Source: Schmidtea polychroa (lineage: Eukaryota). Taken from it: DNA of 60,000 nucleotides. Below the pieces are notes generated by a model. It made no database searches. It saw nothing but the letters and a program-made list of their open reading frames with translations, and was not told the origin of the DNA. The translations under genes and the position numbers were made by a program. The stretch covers positions 45,076,001 to 45,136,000 of the forward strand of contig CM097885.1 of NCBI GenBank assembly GCA_044892525.1, given 5' to 3'. This document shows positions 1 to 40,923 of this stretch, in pieces (positions within the stretch are counted from its first letter, which is position 1; each line of letters opens with the position of its first letter).

Positions 1-24156
<24,156 letters not shown>

Positions 24157-25804
24157 CTAAAATAAAATTTAATTCTACTATTAATATTTATATACAAACA
24201 ATTTTATATACTAAAGATTAAAATATTAATATTATTATTATTTTTAACTTTGGCAATATTTATGAACGAAAGTAGAAGTATTTAAATACCTTTAAACAAT
24301 TGAAATACTTTTAAATGAATTTATTATAAATAATATATAATATAACTTTTTTTCAAAATAATTTTAATTTAATTGTAACTTGTACAATTAGTATTATTAT
24401 AAAATTAAAATCATTGTCAAATTAATTTTTGCTTTTAAAGTATATTTTTTATTATGTTAGAGTAGAACTATTTATAATTATTACAGCGTAACAATTAGAA
24501 AATTCACAATATGTAATTTTAAATCTATTTGAGGGAATACCAAATAAATTCTGTTTACTATAGCCAGTTTATGCAAAATACCTTCATAAAAGAGAAAGAC
24601 AAGGAATTCTGGTTCTTGAAAGCTAATGGACATGGCAAGTGTTTTCGGATCACAAATGAAGTTGCATGTCTGACGCTTGGAGATCACCTTCTATGCAATC
24701 ATATTCGACACCTATATATAAAAAATAACTGCTCTTTTTTAGAGAAAACACTAAATAAAGGAAATATATTTATATATCCTCATCATTTATGTCAACAGTT
24801 ATATTCGGAACAAATTAGACGTGTTAGTTATGATTTAATGAATTAATTAAATAATCTCAACAAATTCATTGCTGTTTGAATGTTAATTGTAGGTCATTAT
24901 AATTTAATCAACAATGTCTCACAAAAAATTCTTTTCCAACTGTTATGCATGGTTGGTTACGATTAGAAACATGTTATATATTGGCATTCTTCCATTCTGT
25001 CAACACTTTTGCTCTATCTTCTTTCTCATCGTAACTTCGCATAATTATTTTATTGAGCGCTAAATGGCCGTTGCAATCAACGCTGATGCTGTAATTTAGT
25101 GTGTGGCAGTCAGCACAAGATCAGTCTCATTAACGGAACTGCTAAAGCCCAGGCGCACCTCTGGCAAGCACATTGACAAATAAATTCCCGTTCTTCACTG
25201 CTCTTCGTTGGATTGGGTATTTCGTGCGAATTTGAATTGTTTGAATTGTTTGAATTGCGTTGATCTCTATCTATCTACCGATAGATACATGAGTCGAAAT
25301 ATTTTCTAGTGCACTGTGGGATGTAGTTCGACATCTCGCATACCCAATTCTCCCGACTCAACTATTACATTTACAAGTTCGAACTTATTTTCCTTTAAAT
25401 TCTTCTTTCTGATTTTTAATTCATTTGTCTCGTTTTTAGCTTATTTTTCCATCTCTAATTTGATGTTTAACAAGTGTTATTTGGACTATATTTGTATTAT
25501 TTGTGCATTTGAACTTTTAGCTTAGTGATTTTTTGTTGTAATCGTTACTATTTGTGTTTAATTTTCTTGTATTATTAATTTAATTCTTCTCTTATTTTAT
25601 GGTTTTCAATTCTTTTTATATTTTTTATTTTATTTTTTTCTCTTTCTCTGTCTCATTTAATTTAATTTATTTTCTTTTTTGGGTCTTTTCTCGTTGTTTT
25701 CTCAATTTTTATATTTTCCGCCTTTCTTCAGCAATGTATTATTCTTTCAGCTAAACCACCGATTCTTTTTGGTTGTGGCCCAATATTAAATGTTTTGATA
25801 TAGA

Positions 25805-25985
25805 ATTTTAAAATCTTGAAGTCACCCGCTCCTTTACACATTTTGCTATGCTTAATAATATCACCTAGGCCTTTCAAATGGCTTTGGTCTTTAACCTATG
25901 TTCGGAGATGACGGGAAGTTTCTCCAATGAACTTGGCATTGTACCCATTATATGAAAATTTATATATTAGATCAAACTTTTTGGA
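25805..25985 (-). mobile_element. Penelope-type GIY-YIG endonuclease remnant
   Basis: DLIYKFSYNGYNAKFIGETSRHLRT.VKD...HSKMC...DFKIL. Confidence 0.65.
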
Positions 25986-27557
25986 GTTTGACATTTATTT
26001 CTAAGCATATTTAGTTGTTTTAATTTCCAATAACCTTTAATTAACATTCAATTAGCAATGAATTTATTGAGATGACTTAATTAGCCTGTTTCAACTACAT
26101 CAATAGTAATAATGACCAGATGACAAATATTTTAATTTACTTATTTTTCTTTCTAAACCCGAACTTTTGAATCTATTAGTCACTATCGAATATAAGAACT
26201 AACAGTCATAATAACCGCAATTCACCGTTGTCTAAACTCTAAACCAGTTGGGTACAGTACTAATACCACTTAGTGATGGGTATTATTTGGATAAATTGAA
26301 TGAGTTTTCGTGGTAGTTAAAGAAACGAGGTCACCATTTAAATTTTTAACCTATCGAAACTAGCACATTGTTTTGTCGTTGTGGATGTTAAAGCTAATTT
26401 GATTAAGTATAATAGATTTGTTAAAAGAAATAAATCTTTTTGAGAATTATTATATCCGTAATTACTAACGCACTTTTTAAAAAACTTTATTATATTAATA
26501 CAAATTTTTTTGGAAAAATGAATAATAAATAATTAATGTAATCAAGTTGAACATTCTCAATTCAATTATATTTAAAATCATTTCAATTATATGAGAGATG
26601 TTAAAAATAAAATATTATATTAATTAATTTTCTTAAAACAGTTTAGGATAATTTCTTAGCAAATATTTACTAATAAACAAACTTTAAGTCTTAAATTAAA
26701 TTAAAATTTTTTAACACATTAAAAATGTTTAATAATAGATTGAAATTGAAAACTAAAAACTATAATTATTTCTTAATTTAAATTTTTCAGTAGTTACGAT
26801 AATTTATAAATAAATTGAATATAAATTTTAATTAATTAATATGCATTTTCTTTGTCATTTCATTCCATAAATAAATAAATTAAATTTTAAAAATTTATAT
26901 TTATATTTAATAATTTCATATATTTGTCAGATTAATTTTTTATACTTTAATTTATCATTTAGTATATGGAAGTCATCAAATGAATTATTCCTAATTTTCA
27001 TTTTGTTGTAAACAAAAGTTAAACAAAACAAATAATAATTTATTTAATCATTATTATCATTTTTTTTAAAAAATTGTTCTTTAAGATTTCGATTAAATGT
27101 AGCTTTCATTTTCTCATGTTATGTTTCTATTGAAAATATAGTTGTGATTTTTAGTTTTTGATTATCAAAACTAGTTTGATGATATTTCATTTATTTTTAT
27201 TCGAACTATTAGCTAACCCGTATTAATAACGCCCATAAAATAACAATTTTCCAATAATTTATTCCAAAACCGACACTATATTTTTTACAATCTTATTTAA
27301 CACTAAACACGTGTGGGGTCAAAAGACCACTTTTGAAATTTCATTTAGAATTTCTTGTATACATTATATATTATACAACACAATATATTTGAATATATTT
27401 TTCAGTGTCAAATATTGATATTTTCAAAAGCACAGATTTCATTCTCATTAACATATTAAATTTATAAACATTTAACATTTTATATAATACATTTAAAATT
27501 TTAATTTAGAATACATTTTTAAAAATATTTTACGTAATTAATCTTTGAAAGTTAATA

Positions 27558-28328
27558 CCGTAATTATCCGAATATAAGACGCATCCAATATAAGACGCAT
27601 CATTAAAAATTGACTGAATTCAAGAAAATATAAGTAACCCAAATATAAGACGCATGTATAATTATTACATTAAATTTATATTACATTAAATTTATTTTTT
27701 GTTTAAAATTAAAATTTCAGTTACTTAAATTTAAATTTTTATTTCCCTAAAATGTATTCTAAACGCTGCAGTTATACGACAGGTTTCAAATTGAAGGTGC
27801 GAAAGAAATGGAATTAGTGGTTTTTTTCTGGAGCTCCATCATTTACTGCTTCTGGAAACAGACGAAAGGTTGATTTAGAAACTATTTGCAAATGGATTCA
27901 ATTATCATGGGATGCAGTTAGTGAGGCAAAATATTATCAAAGGATTCAAGAAATGTTGTTTGAGTAATGCTATGGATGGATCAGAAGACGATGTTATTTG
28001 GCAGGACGATATATCTGATGTAGGGAATGAGGATGATGATATGGAAAATGAATTAATGTTTGAAGAAGTGGACGAGTCCATTGAGATTGAGAATTTGATA
28101 AAAAGTGAAGATGAAAATAATGATCTCTGTAATGATAAAAACATTCTGTAACTAATAAAGAAATATTTTGTATTAATTTATGCTTTATTTCCCTTGCCAA
28201 TACCGGGTTTTCAGAAAATTTTCTGAGTAGGAAAAAATATTTCCTGTTATACCCATGTATAAGACGCACCACGATTATCATCCCCAAAAGTGATGAAAAA
28301 AAAGCGTCTTATATTCGGATAATTACGG
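27558..28328 (+). mobile_element. Internally deleted pogo/Tc2 (POGK-like) DNA transposon
   Basis: 25-bp TIR ccgtaattatccgaatataagacgc with TA flanks. N-terminal KRCSYTTGFKLKV is joined to C-terminal FTASGNRRKVDLETICKWI..IIKGFKKCCLSNAMDGSEDDVIW. Confidence 0.9.
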
Positions 28329-28351
28329 TATTTAATTTTTAAATATAAACT

Positions 28352-28607
28352 CAGGACCGGCGTGAGGCGGGTACGATGCGTGATTTTCACGCAGGCGCCA
28401 CGGCGGAAAAATACAAAAGGCGGCAAAATTGTACAGAAATTTGTTATTTTCATAAGATTTTTATGTTTTTATAATAAATATGAATTAAATTAAAAGTAAT
28501 AAAGTTATATTGTTTTGTTATGTATGCATTTATCGTTTTTTACTCTTATTATGGAATGCGAAGACGGTAATATGCAATTTTCATCATCTGAACCTCTAGC
28601 GCCGTTG

Positions 28608-28610
<3 letters not shown>
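28352..28610. mobile_element. Possible hAT-type MITE followed by (TA)n
   Basis: Imperfect TIRs caggaccggcgtgagg and cctctagcgccgttgctg; TSD unclear. Confidence 0.4.
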
Positions 28611-28694
<84 letters not shown>

Positions 28695-29593
28695 ATCATT
28701 TAAAAAATTTTTAATTAATAAAATATTATAAATTTTGCCAGACTCTATTTTAAATATAATTTTGTTAGAAACGCCATTAAATTTGAAGTATAAATATTTA
28801 TAAAATTGTGCAGTTAAATTCGGATGAAAACGCAGAACAAATATGTATAAAGTGGTCTACGTGTCAACCGTAATTCTGAGAAAACCAAATTATATTTTTT
28901 GTAATAAAATGAATCTTAAATTAAAATTTTTATAATAATTAACATTTAATTGACTCATTTAACAAAAGATAGAAATTTAATTCTATGTTACACAAATTGT
29001 CTCCTATTTGTGTAGAATAAGAACTTGACAAGAAAAATTTATAGCAAGTAGTCCTTGAATCCAAGTTCACATTCTTACTTATTCTCAACAGTGCCAATGT
29101 GGCAATTAAACTAAATAATCATGGGTGTTTTGTGACAAAATACAATTATTTGGAGTTTCGGATCAAAATGTGTTGAAGTCGTGTTAACTTCCTAAATCCC
29201 TAACCAGTGCCCTATCATGTGAATGAAAAGAATATGTTGTTGAATTATTTCAAAAATCTTATTTAAATATATATATTTTTAAATTTTCGCAAAATTTTTA
29301 ATTAACGCTTTTTCTGAAAATGTTATACAAATTTTTGAACAATGTTTTTTTCACTTTGTTTTAATTTATTCATTTATTTGATTTTAATTGCGTATCGATT
29401 TTTGAGGTTTTAATTTGAGTCATTTATTTTTGTCGTTTTCACAAATTTATCTTTAGGATTATCTAAATAAAATTTTTGACAGATTCGAATAGTTTCTTCA
29501 AATTTCAGTTTGAAATTATGACCATTTTATGATTTATAAATTCATAATTCATTTTATGAGTTATCAAATGAATTATAAAATTAGAAATATGTA

Positions 29594-31635
<2,042 letters not shown>

Positions 31636-33599
31636 GAAGTTATGTGGCTAACAATGTATAATGTAGTATAAGTGGTAAAAAATAAAATTCCATGGAGCTC
31701 GGTAATGGTGGAGTCGAGTTTCTTACATGGTACAATGATAAGCTCAATATTTTTTTACTTTAGAAATTGCATCGAATATTACAATAACTTTATTTTAGCC
31801 AAGTTTTTCATCGACTGACATTTTCATTTCATAAAATTGTAATTTTAAATTACAATTCATTTTTATTATTTATTGATTTTAGAACAGAGAAACTATCTGT
31901 TATTTATTTTCTTAATTATTAATTAAAACAATAATATTTTACTATTTTTCCATTTAATTACAAATAACAAAAAAAAGAATATAATATTGACTCTTAAAAC
32001 TTGACAACACATATTTAATTATTTTATCATTATAAAATATACATTTAATAATAATGACTTATAATTTCGATTATGTATAAACTCATTCCAAAATTTTGCC
32101 CGGTTCTCTATTTGACATTAAATTAATGTTAAATTCTGATCAAAAAACGAAGCTGAATTGATTAAAGAGAAATAAATCAAACCAAAATTGTGTCAGAAAT
32201 AAATTAATGTTGATACATTTATCAAATCTCAAATCCTAAAATCAAGACAAAACGGATGATGGTCTATGATCAAATAATTTTTCGAAAACCGAAGATTTTG
32301 TCGCAATTGTTTCTGTTTTTTACAAAGAGCATTTTCCAATCATTGCAATTTTTCTCGATATTTATTTATCTTTCAAAAATATATATTTAAATTAATGTTT
32401 TTCAATGGTTAAGTAAAGAAAGAAAATTAATAAAATTTTATTTTGTTTGTTTCAAAATTAAGTAATTAAAATATGAAAATATTGCAACATAATCTTCTTT
32501 AAGCAACAGACGATAATATTTATTCGTGTAAACATTTTCGCCTAAATATTATAGTTAATTAATTGAATAATAATTGACTTCTTCGTTTCCTTTTGAATTT
32601 TTGTTTATTTACCAAATAATTAATCTCTACTCATTAAAACAGTTAATATTAGGAATGAATAACTTTAATATAAATTAAACAGTTAATATTTTTATTATTT
32701 GTGAAATAATAATAACCTTTTCAATAATATTTCAACATGTACCTCGTTTATTTATTTAATTAATCATTAAAATATAAATGACTTGAAACAAATAAAATAT
32801 TGAATATAATGATTTCACAACTTCCTTCCCCCTACTGAGGAAAAATTATAAAGCTACATACTTTTAACTAATTTTTTTTATGTAGGTCACGTAATTTTTA
32901 TGTTTTTCATCGATTTGTTGTCTTTCAAGTCAAATCGATCAAATACTAAGTAGGTCAAGTCGATTTTAAAACAGAGTCCCCGCTGGCACAATATATACTA
33001 TATAGTTTTATTAAATACACACACATTTCATATAGTTTCATATATTACACACTATTCATATAATGAAAAAACGGCTCAATATGCCTCTGATTTTCAAATA
33101 TAAGAAAAACTGTAAACGGTATTTTTGACTCTATCTTTGTTTTTGACATTTTCAAATACAAAATCACATATTTCATTACGTAGTGATATTTGTTTTAATT
33201 TTATTTATTTTTATATAGATGCTTGTGATCAATATTATGTTGGGCTAAGAAGTAAGATTTAAACAAAAAATAAAAATAGCATAAGAGATGAAGAAGAGAA
33301 GCAAAAAAGTAACCACAAAAAATACCTTAAAAAACAAAATGATTAAAAAATAAAATAGATGTAACAGCAAAATAAATAATAAAAATAAACAATAGAATTA
33401 GAATAGGATTAAAAGAATTAGAAAAACATTTAATTGCAGATAAAGTGGAAAATAACACCAAATTTATCAATTTAATAAAAAGATTTAAAAAATTAATATA
33501 ATAGAAAGAAAAACAGGAAAAAGAAGACCAAAATAACAATAGTACATTTATTTTAAATTAATTTAATTAATTTGCGATCACATTATTTTGATTGGTCAG

Positions 33600-34700
33600 C
33601 AAATTTACCAATGGACTACATTATGCGGTATTCTATAAGTAAACTCTGAGAAGACGATCATCAACTCAACAAATCACTCGAGTACTCAACGGAACTAACA
33701 ATTCAGTATTTCATTGTTATATATCTATAAAATTATAAGATAGGAAACAGTTCAAAATATATATTCCAATAAATAAGTATTATTGAAACAATTTAAAATA
33801 ATGTTAATTTTAAATTCTTTACAATAAAAACCTTTAAATTCCAATATATGAATTAAATATTAATTTAATCCATATAACATCTCTCTCGCCGACAATCGAA
33901 ACGGTATCGTGGGTTGGATTTCTTGTCTCTTCTTTTGGATAAATCTTTCTCTCTTTTGTTTTTAAACTCGATTTTCTTGACCAAATATTGATTTTCCTTG
34001 TAATATTCTCTATCTCGAATTTCTTTCCTATGTTTACTTTAATTTGATTGAAGTTTCTTCTTATTGTCTTACTTAATTTATCACTATATAATATAAATGT
34101 CCATTTGTTTATTATTTCCTGAATAATAAATAGGCCTACGAATTTCCTTTCAAAACCTTTTCTGACTTCGTTTCTAACCATCACTAGGTCTTCAATCCGT
34201 GCTTCTTTATTCCATCGATTTAAATTAAATCTTTCTGCAGTTTTCATCATACTTTCTTTAGTAATACGTCTAACTAGTTGTTCTACATAGTCATCATAAT
34301 TTGTAACTTTCTCTCCTAGTACTCGTGTCGGTCTGATTCTAAGTCTTGCTTTCTTTCCGAATACAATGCTTTGTGGTTTTCTGTTTAGTGGTTCTTAGGC
34401 CAAAGTCTATGGTTGGTAGAATCATGCTCCAATCCCTCGTCTTCCTTTCTTCCAACACCGTGCCTATCATACTTTTAGCCGTTCCAAACAATCTTTCCAC
34501 CAGACCATCACTTTGAGGATAATGGGGTGAAGTGAAGGTTTTTTGAATACCAAAGATTTTATAGTATCCGAGGAAAATTTGTGATTGAAAGTTACTTCCA
34601 CAATCCGAGTGTATTCTCTCTGGGACACCGAATTTTGATATCCAGTTTCTCCGTAGTTCTTGCGCAACCTTCGGTGCTTCTGTCGTTGCAATTGGTATTA
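33600..34700 (-). mobile_element. Gypsy 3' end remnant (integrase C-terminus, PPT, LTR)
   Basis: SLHPI..SDGLVERLFGTAK, DLVMVRNEVRKGFERKFVGLFII; purine tract gagagaga then TGTTATAT. Confidence 0.65.
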
Positions 34701-35764
34701 AACTTATATACTTTGAGAAATAATCGATAATTCCAAGTATATATCTGTTGATGTCGGTAAATTAAAATAAATTAAAAGAAATTTGGATTGAAAATTTAAA
34801 TAAAAAGTAAGTGAAGAAAAAAGACAAATAAAAGCGTGATCATGCACAGAATTGATAGTAAAGGAAAGTATGATGGAAGCAGTATTAGGAAATGCAAAAG
34901 CAGTTGCGAAAGGCAAGAATCCGGAAATACGAGAAAAATCAATAAATGGTAAAATCATCGAAATCGAATTGGGAAAACGGGACAAGTATAGATTAGCTAA
35001 TGGTCAACAAGATGATGATTAGGAATTTAACTGAAAATGATTAGAAAGGGTCGAAAAGCATTCAAATGTGTTAAAACAGAAAACGTTAATTAATTAATTA
35101 ATTGGCTATTAGAAAACCCGAGCTAATGGGAAACCCGAGCCAATGGAGAACCCGAGAGATGAAGGACACTTGAGCTGGGTAAACAAAGAGAAAATTAAAT
35201 AGAAGGAAGATTTGGGCTCATTAGCGTGACACAATGATTAATTGGAAAAGAACATGGAGAAGATAGTGCGTGCAGAAAGGACGGACGGGCCATTAATTAC
35301 CTTTGTTCGTTGAACCATTATGGGTGACAGCCGAAGCAGATATGTGGAAACAAATGTCAAGTGAGGGATTGGCTCAGCAATAACCATTTGTCATCCCGAT
35401 TTCGAAGAGTATATAAGGAATGGGAAAATCAGAGCAAATCGGCATTTTGCCTCAGTTAGGGTAAGAAGAAATGAGAGTAAGCGAAAGGTAAAAGCGAATT
35501 AAAGAGATTAGGGAAAAGAAGATATAGAATAGAAATACGAAAAGGTGAAAAAGAATCAAATTCAAGAGAAAAGGAAAACGTTGGTCTAGAGAACCTAAGG
35601 AAAGAAAAGGTGAATATTAATTTTTGTCAAAGCATCAACGCCGAGCGGAGAATTGGTCAAACTTAACTTTGATTAGTGATTGTTTATTGTTGAGAAAAGA
35701 ATATATTTTTGTGATTCAAATATACGTTGGGTAGTTTATTGTTTTGATTAAAAGGACACGGGGA

Positions 35765-36107
35765 GTCAGAGGTTACCGACTTAAATTAACTAAAACCCAA
35801 TATATCTGTAACCCCCTGTTGTTGCTTTAAAGGGTTCTGTTATGTCGATTCAATAATCTGGAAAGGTCTTTCACCCCCAATGCTTTGTAAAGGTGCTTTA
35901 ACTCGTCCATTTAAGTTCTTATTATGCAAACATTCCTTACAGGTTACAATAACTTCCCGTATCTCTTTATCCATGGCTGGCCAATAACATCCACTTTTAA
36001 TGGCTGCAATTGTCTTTTTAATACCTGTATGCCCTAAACAGGAATGAAACTGCCTGATGAGGGAATCTCTTTCCGTTCTAGGTACCACCAATAAATAGTT
36101 ATCATCC

Positions 36108-36150
<43 letters not shown>

Positions 36151-36900
36151 AAACCACCTCGCAACCTCCAATGTGTTTTAAAAGCCCATAGTTTTTTTAG
36201 TTCTTTCCTGCCATTCTTTAAATTACTTGGATTTCCTTCCGTTAAATAATCACCTTTCTCCATCAAATTAATTATAAACTGAATATATGCATCCTTGTCT
36301 TGTCCCGAATAATCCTCTTCCTTGACTATTTCATTCATTGTCCTTTCAGGTTCATGGTGATTTTCCTCAACCTCTTCATCCTTGTATACTTTGACATTTC
36401 TCCGTTTCTTAGGGTCGCTATTAGAAAGCTATTGGTGATTATACATTGTTCTCATGGTGGTAATCGTGACATTGCATCAGTGTTAACAATAACCGCTTTA
36501 GCTCATAGAACGCTGCTTTTTTGTTCTCATTCCACTGGAAACGGCTTTCCTTTTTTTGCACCGCACTCAATTTCTATGAAGTCTCTGCATAATTTTTAAT
36601 AAAACGTCAATAGTAATTGCAAAATCCCAAGAATGACTGCAACTCTTTTTTACATGCTGGAATTTCCAATGAACTGATACTTTTGATTTTCTCTGGATCT
36701 GTTTTAACACCTTTCCTATGATATGACCTATTTATGATATGACCTATATAGCTAATTTCTGTCTTTAAAAATACACACTTATCTGGCGATAATTTAAGTC
36801 CAGATTCTGTGATGCGCCCTAACACTTTATCAAGTCGTTCATTATGTTCTTCTATTGTTTTTCTAAAAATCAATACGTCATCCAGATAGACGAATGCTAT
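35765..36900 (-). mobile_element. Gypsy pol remnant (RT, RNase H, integrase fragments)
   Basis: [59 protein letters not shown]. Confidence 0.85.
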
Positions 36901-37032
36901 AATAAAAATACGTTAAAAAATGAACTTTATTTTGTAATAATATTTATATAATCTTCTTATTTAACCCTCCTAAGAAAAAGATGAAACAGATATAATATTG
37001 TTTTTATCTCTCGAATTCGCTTTTTATAAATT

Positions 37033-37106
37033 GCTTATTACTTCAAATATAAGCCGCACCCTAATAAGAAAGTAAGAAGTGCGGTTTATATTCGAAGTAA
37101 TACGGT
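37033..37106. mobile_element. Minimal Tc2/pogo-type fold-back MITE (~75 bp)
   Basis: tattacttcaaatataagccgcac ... gtgcggtttatattcgaagtaatacgg|ta. Confidence 0.6.
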
Positions 37107-37131
37107 AATTACTACTACTACAACTACTACA

Positions 37132-37243
<112 letters not shown>

Positions 37244-37336
37244 TGATGATTGACAAGGACTATCGTATAGTCGAAAATTCTTTCATTAAATACATTATTT
37301 GCAGCAAAAGGCTTAAATTATCATTTTATTGTTTTA

Positions 37337-37399
<63 letters not shown>

Positions 37400-39247
37400 T
37401 GTAGGAATAATGTAATATTAAACAATTAGGAATAATGTAATATTAAAGTTAAAGCAAGTAAAGTAAGTGCAGAAATGCGTAAATTTGGTTTGATATGTAA
37501 AGAAGAAGAAAAGGTCAAGGATACTCTCAGTGTAAGAGTATTAGGTATTGATGTATTTCGAAAGCATAATGAACTACATTGGAAAAGATCGAACGATATT
37601 CGGATAAATGAATTAAATGAAGGGCTTTCAAGAAGAGAGCTGTATTCGTTGTGTGTTCAGTTAGTTGGAATTTATCCTGTGTCTGGGTGGTTGCGGCTAT
37701 CTTGCTCATATATCAAGAGGCTATCCAGTGGAAATTGGGATGATTCAATAGAAAATCATATCATTGACAAAGTAAAATGGTTATTAGAAAAGGTGAATGA
37801 AAGAGATCCATCGTCAGGTATTTGGAGTGTTCCCAGCAATCAGACAGGCATAATTTGGTGCGTTGCAAGTTTAATCGCCATTAGAATTGTATTAGAAATG
37901 AATGGTTCAGTGGTAGAAGATGCGTGTTGCTTGCGAATACCTGATGATTCAAGACACATTAATTTGGTGGAATTAGAAGCGATTGTGAATGGTATTAATT
38001 TATGTATTAAATGGAATCTAAAGTACATCAAATTTAAATCCGATAGTAAATCAATTGTGTGTTGGGTTAACAGCATATTATCAAGCGACAGAAAAATACA
38101 TACAAAAGCAAATTCAGAGTTGTTAATACGACGAAGGCTGGAGCTTTTAAAAGATCTAGCGATTGAGTATGAACTTAAAATGAACATTGAGTTTATATCT
38201 ACAGAAAATAACAAGGCTGATGTATTAACGAGAGTACCAGCCAACTGGATGATTATTAAAAAAGAAGTCGCAGCTCTAGGCAATCAAAAAAGCTCGAAAG
38301 ATGTGTTATTAGAGATTCACAAGAACTGCCATGTAAGGGAAAATCGTATGCGATTCTTAGCACCGGAAGCGGGGCTACTAAATGTGGATAATGAGATCTC
38401 AGAAATAATTGCAAGTTGTAATCAATGCCTATCAATTGACCCAGCGCCAGTAACATGGGAAAAAGGTGAACTAAGCTGTGATGAAAATTGGTGCCGTTTA
38501 GCAAATGATGTAGCTAAATTTGCTAAAGATAAATATTTAACAATTATTGATTGTGGACCATCGAGATATGCAATCTGGAAGAAAATTAAGAATGAAAATG
38601 TAGAAGAGATATGTAATGCTTTAAATGAAGTGCTATATGAAAGAGGAGCTCCAAGTGAAATATTATTAGATAATTACTTATCTTTTAGATCTGGAAATTT
38701 TCAAGAATTAGCAGATAAATGGAATGTTGAGTTGGTATTTAGAACAGTGAACCGTCCAGGGGGAAACGGGATCATTGAACGCAGCCATCGGAAACTCAAA
38801 TCGCTAGCAGCTAAGTCCTCAGGAACAATTGCAGAAGCTGTGTACTGGTTCAACAATACGCCAAACAACAATAATATTTGTCCATCTAGAGCCATATTTA
38901 GATATAATCCAAAGCTGAATCTGCCAAGCTACAATAAAAAAGAGATAATAATCGAAGCAAAATATTCTGCTGGTGACCCAGTATGGATAAAACCGAATTT
39001 GAATCAAAAATGCACAGAAAGATGGAAAGATGGACATATCATTAAACCATTATCAAATACAAAATTTTTAGTCAGATGTAATGGATACGATATGCCGCGA
39101 CACGTCGGCGATATTAGAAAAAGAGTTGTTAAAGATTCAGATGAATCTGGTTGGGATGTAGGAATAATGTAATATTAAACAATTAATGTTGTTTTAATAT
39201 TATGAAAATGTGGTAAAAATATAATTTGAAAAACGTTTTGTCTTACA
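37400..39247 (+). mobile_element. LTR retroelement, 5'-deleted, with short LTR, inserted in (AAT)n
   Basis: tgtaggaataatgtaatattaaacaatta at 37400 and 39157; 3' LTR TG...CA is 91 bp; flanks ataat/gtaat. Confidence 0.8.
37475..39172 (+). CDS. Pol fragment: RT connection, RNase H, HHCC and DDE integrase
   Basis: 565-aa open frame: HINLVELEA..SDSKS..NKADVLTR (RNase H), EIHKNCH..CNQC, LANDV..LLDN..GNGIIERSHR, GDPVWIKP. Confidence 0.85.
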   Translation: MRKFGLICKEEEKVKDTLSVRVLGIDVFRKHNELHWKRSNDIRINELNEGLSRRELYSLCVQLVGIYPVSGWLRLSCSYIKRLSSGNWDDSIENHIIDKVKWLLEKVNERDPSSGIWSVPSNQTGIIWCVASLIAIRIVLEMNGSVVEDACCLRIPDDSRHINLVELEAIVNGINLCIKWNLKYIKFKSDSKSIVCWVNSILSSDRKIHTKANSELLIRRRLELLKDLAIEYELKMNIEFISTENNKADVLTRVPANWMIIKKEVAALGNQKSSKDVLLEIHKNCHVRENRMRFLAPEAGLLNVDNEISEIIASCNQCLSIDPAPVTWEKGELSCDENWCRLANDVAKFAKDKYLTIIDCGPSRYAIWKKIKNENVEEICNALNEVLYERGAPSEILLDNYLSFRSGNFQELADKWNVELVFRTVNRPGGNGIIERSHRKLKSLAAKSSGTIAEAVYWFNNTPNNNNICPSRAIFRYNPKLNLPSYNKKEIIIEAKYSAGDPVWIKPNLNQKCTERWKDGHIIKPLSNTKFLVRCNGYDMPRHVGDIRKRVVKDSDESGWDVGIM

Positions 39248-39248
39248 G

Positions 39249-39277
39249 TAATAATAATAATAATAATAATAATAATC

Positions 39278-39373
<96 letters not shown>
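39249..39373. repeat. (AAT)n microsatellite
   Basis: Direct reading; similar tracts at 37168-37240, 37338-37399 and 40814-40945. Confidence 0.95.
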
Positions 39374-39376
<3 letters not shown>

Positions 39377-40811
39377 GGTTCCAGGTTCTAGGTTCTAAGA
39401 TTACCTTTAAACGTTTGAGAAGAAACTCGCCTTAATTCCTCAGTTTTAGCACTTTGGCCTTAACTTCTTGTCGAACTCCAACCCCTTCAGTGGGAACTCA
39501 CTTGATCCCCGTCTGGTATTAAAATCTTCAGAATCACGAACGAATAAAAAAGCTCGAAGTAAATGCCGACCTCTTATATAAGTTACCTATCATCAGCATG
39601 GCACATACACACGAGGGCTTTCCAGTTGAAGATACCGGAGCATTAAGTACGTTGCCGTCTGTAACTAGGCATCGTCTACACATGGCACAAAAAGTTTCCG
39701 ATAAACGGCATAGTAAAAACTATTCCAATAAATGGCGCAGTAACAACTACCTTTTCTTGTAGGTCGTTACGATATTTAATGTTATTTACTTGTAACTTAT
39801 GATGTTGACTGTGGACCAAAAAGGTATATGAGCTTTAGTCATCGAAAGTGATTTTGTTTTAAGCGAATGAAACACCAAAAAACAAAATCAACTATGTAGT
39901 TATATCATATAATTAGAGTATAACATATGTACAATAAAAATCTCGTTACTTTCAGTATTCAAATCTGTATTTCAAACAAAAATTTGGTCCACCAAAAATT
40001 TCAGCATTAAATTGTGACTGAAATGCTTTAGTATTTATAGCCTGATTTTGGTGTGCGAGTATGTGTGCGTGTACTGATTCAGTATAATAAGTTTGAATTA
40101 TTTTAATTCTGATTAATTTTGATTTTTTGATTTTTTGAATTTTTTCTGAATTTGATTTTTTATCAATTTTGATGGCGATTTTTTATAAATTATAATTTAT
40201 TTTATTTTCTAAATTTTATATTTTATTTAATTTTAATTAATTTCACCGCCATGTTGGATATGACCATTTTCTATAACATTCTATGGTGCTTTATGATTTT
40301 ATTATATTTAATTCTATTTCTTTTCGTTTCTGAGTTTTTTTTTAGATTTTTGATAATTAAATTTCTAAAAATATTTTTCTTAACTTGAACTAGTTATTGG
40401 CGGCCATGATAGAGTTTGCCATTTTATAGAATATTCTAGGATTTCTCATCGTTTCTGTTATAATTTTTAACTCCTGATTCATTTTTAATGATATTTTGTG
40501 AAGATATTTTTCATTTCTATTCCTACATTTCTTTTATTGCCATTAACTCGCATATATTTTCTCAATTTATTTACTTTATTTTTCAAAAAAAATAATTAAT
40601 TTATTCAGCTCTTTTATCAAGATCAAATAAAAGGTTTACATTAAGTTGTCTACCTAATTAAAGAAAAGATTTATCTGGGAAGAAATATGAACTATAAACA
40701 GGAAATATGACACGGAATATTTTTGATTTAGCATTAATAAAGTCGAAAAATTAATAATGTCATTTTTGAAATAAATTTTTCTTTAAAATATAAAAATGTT
40801 TTATAAAATAT

Positions 40812-40923
<112 letters not shown>

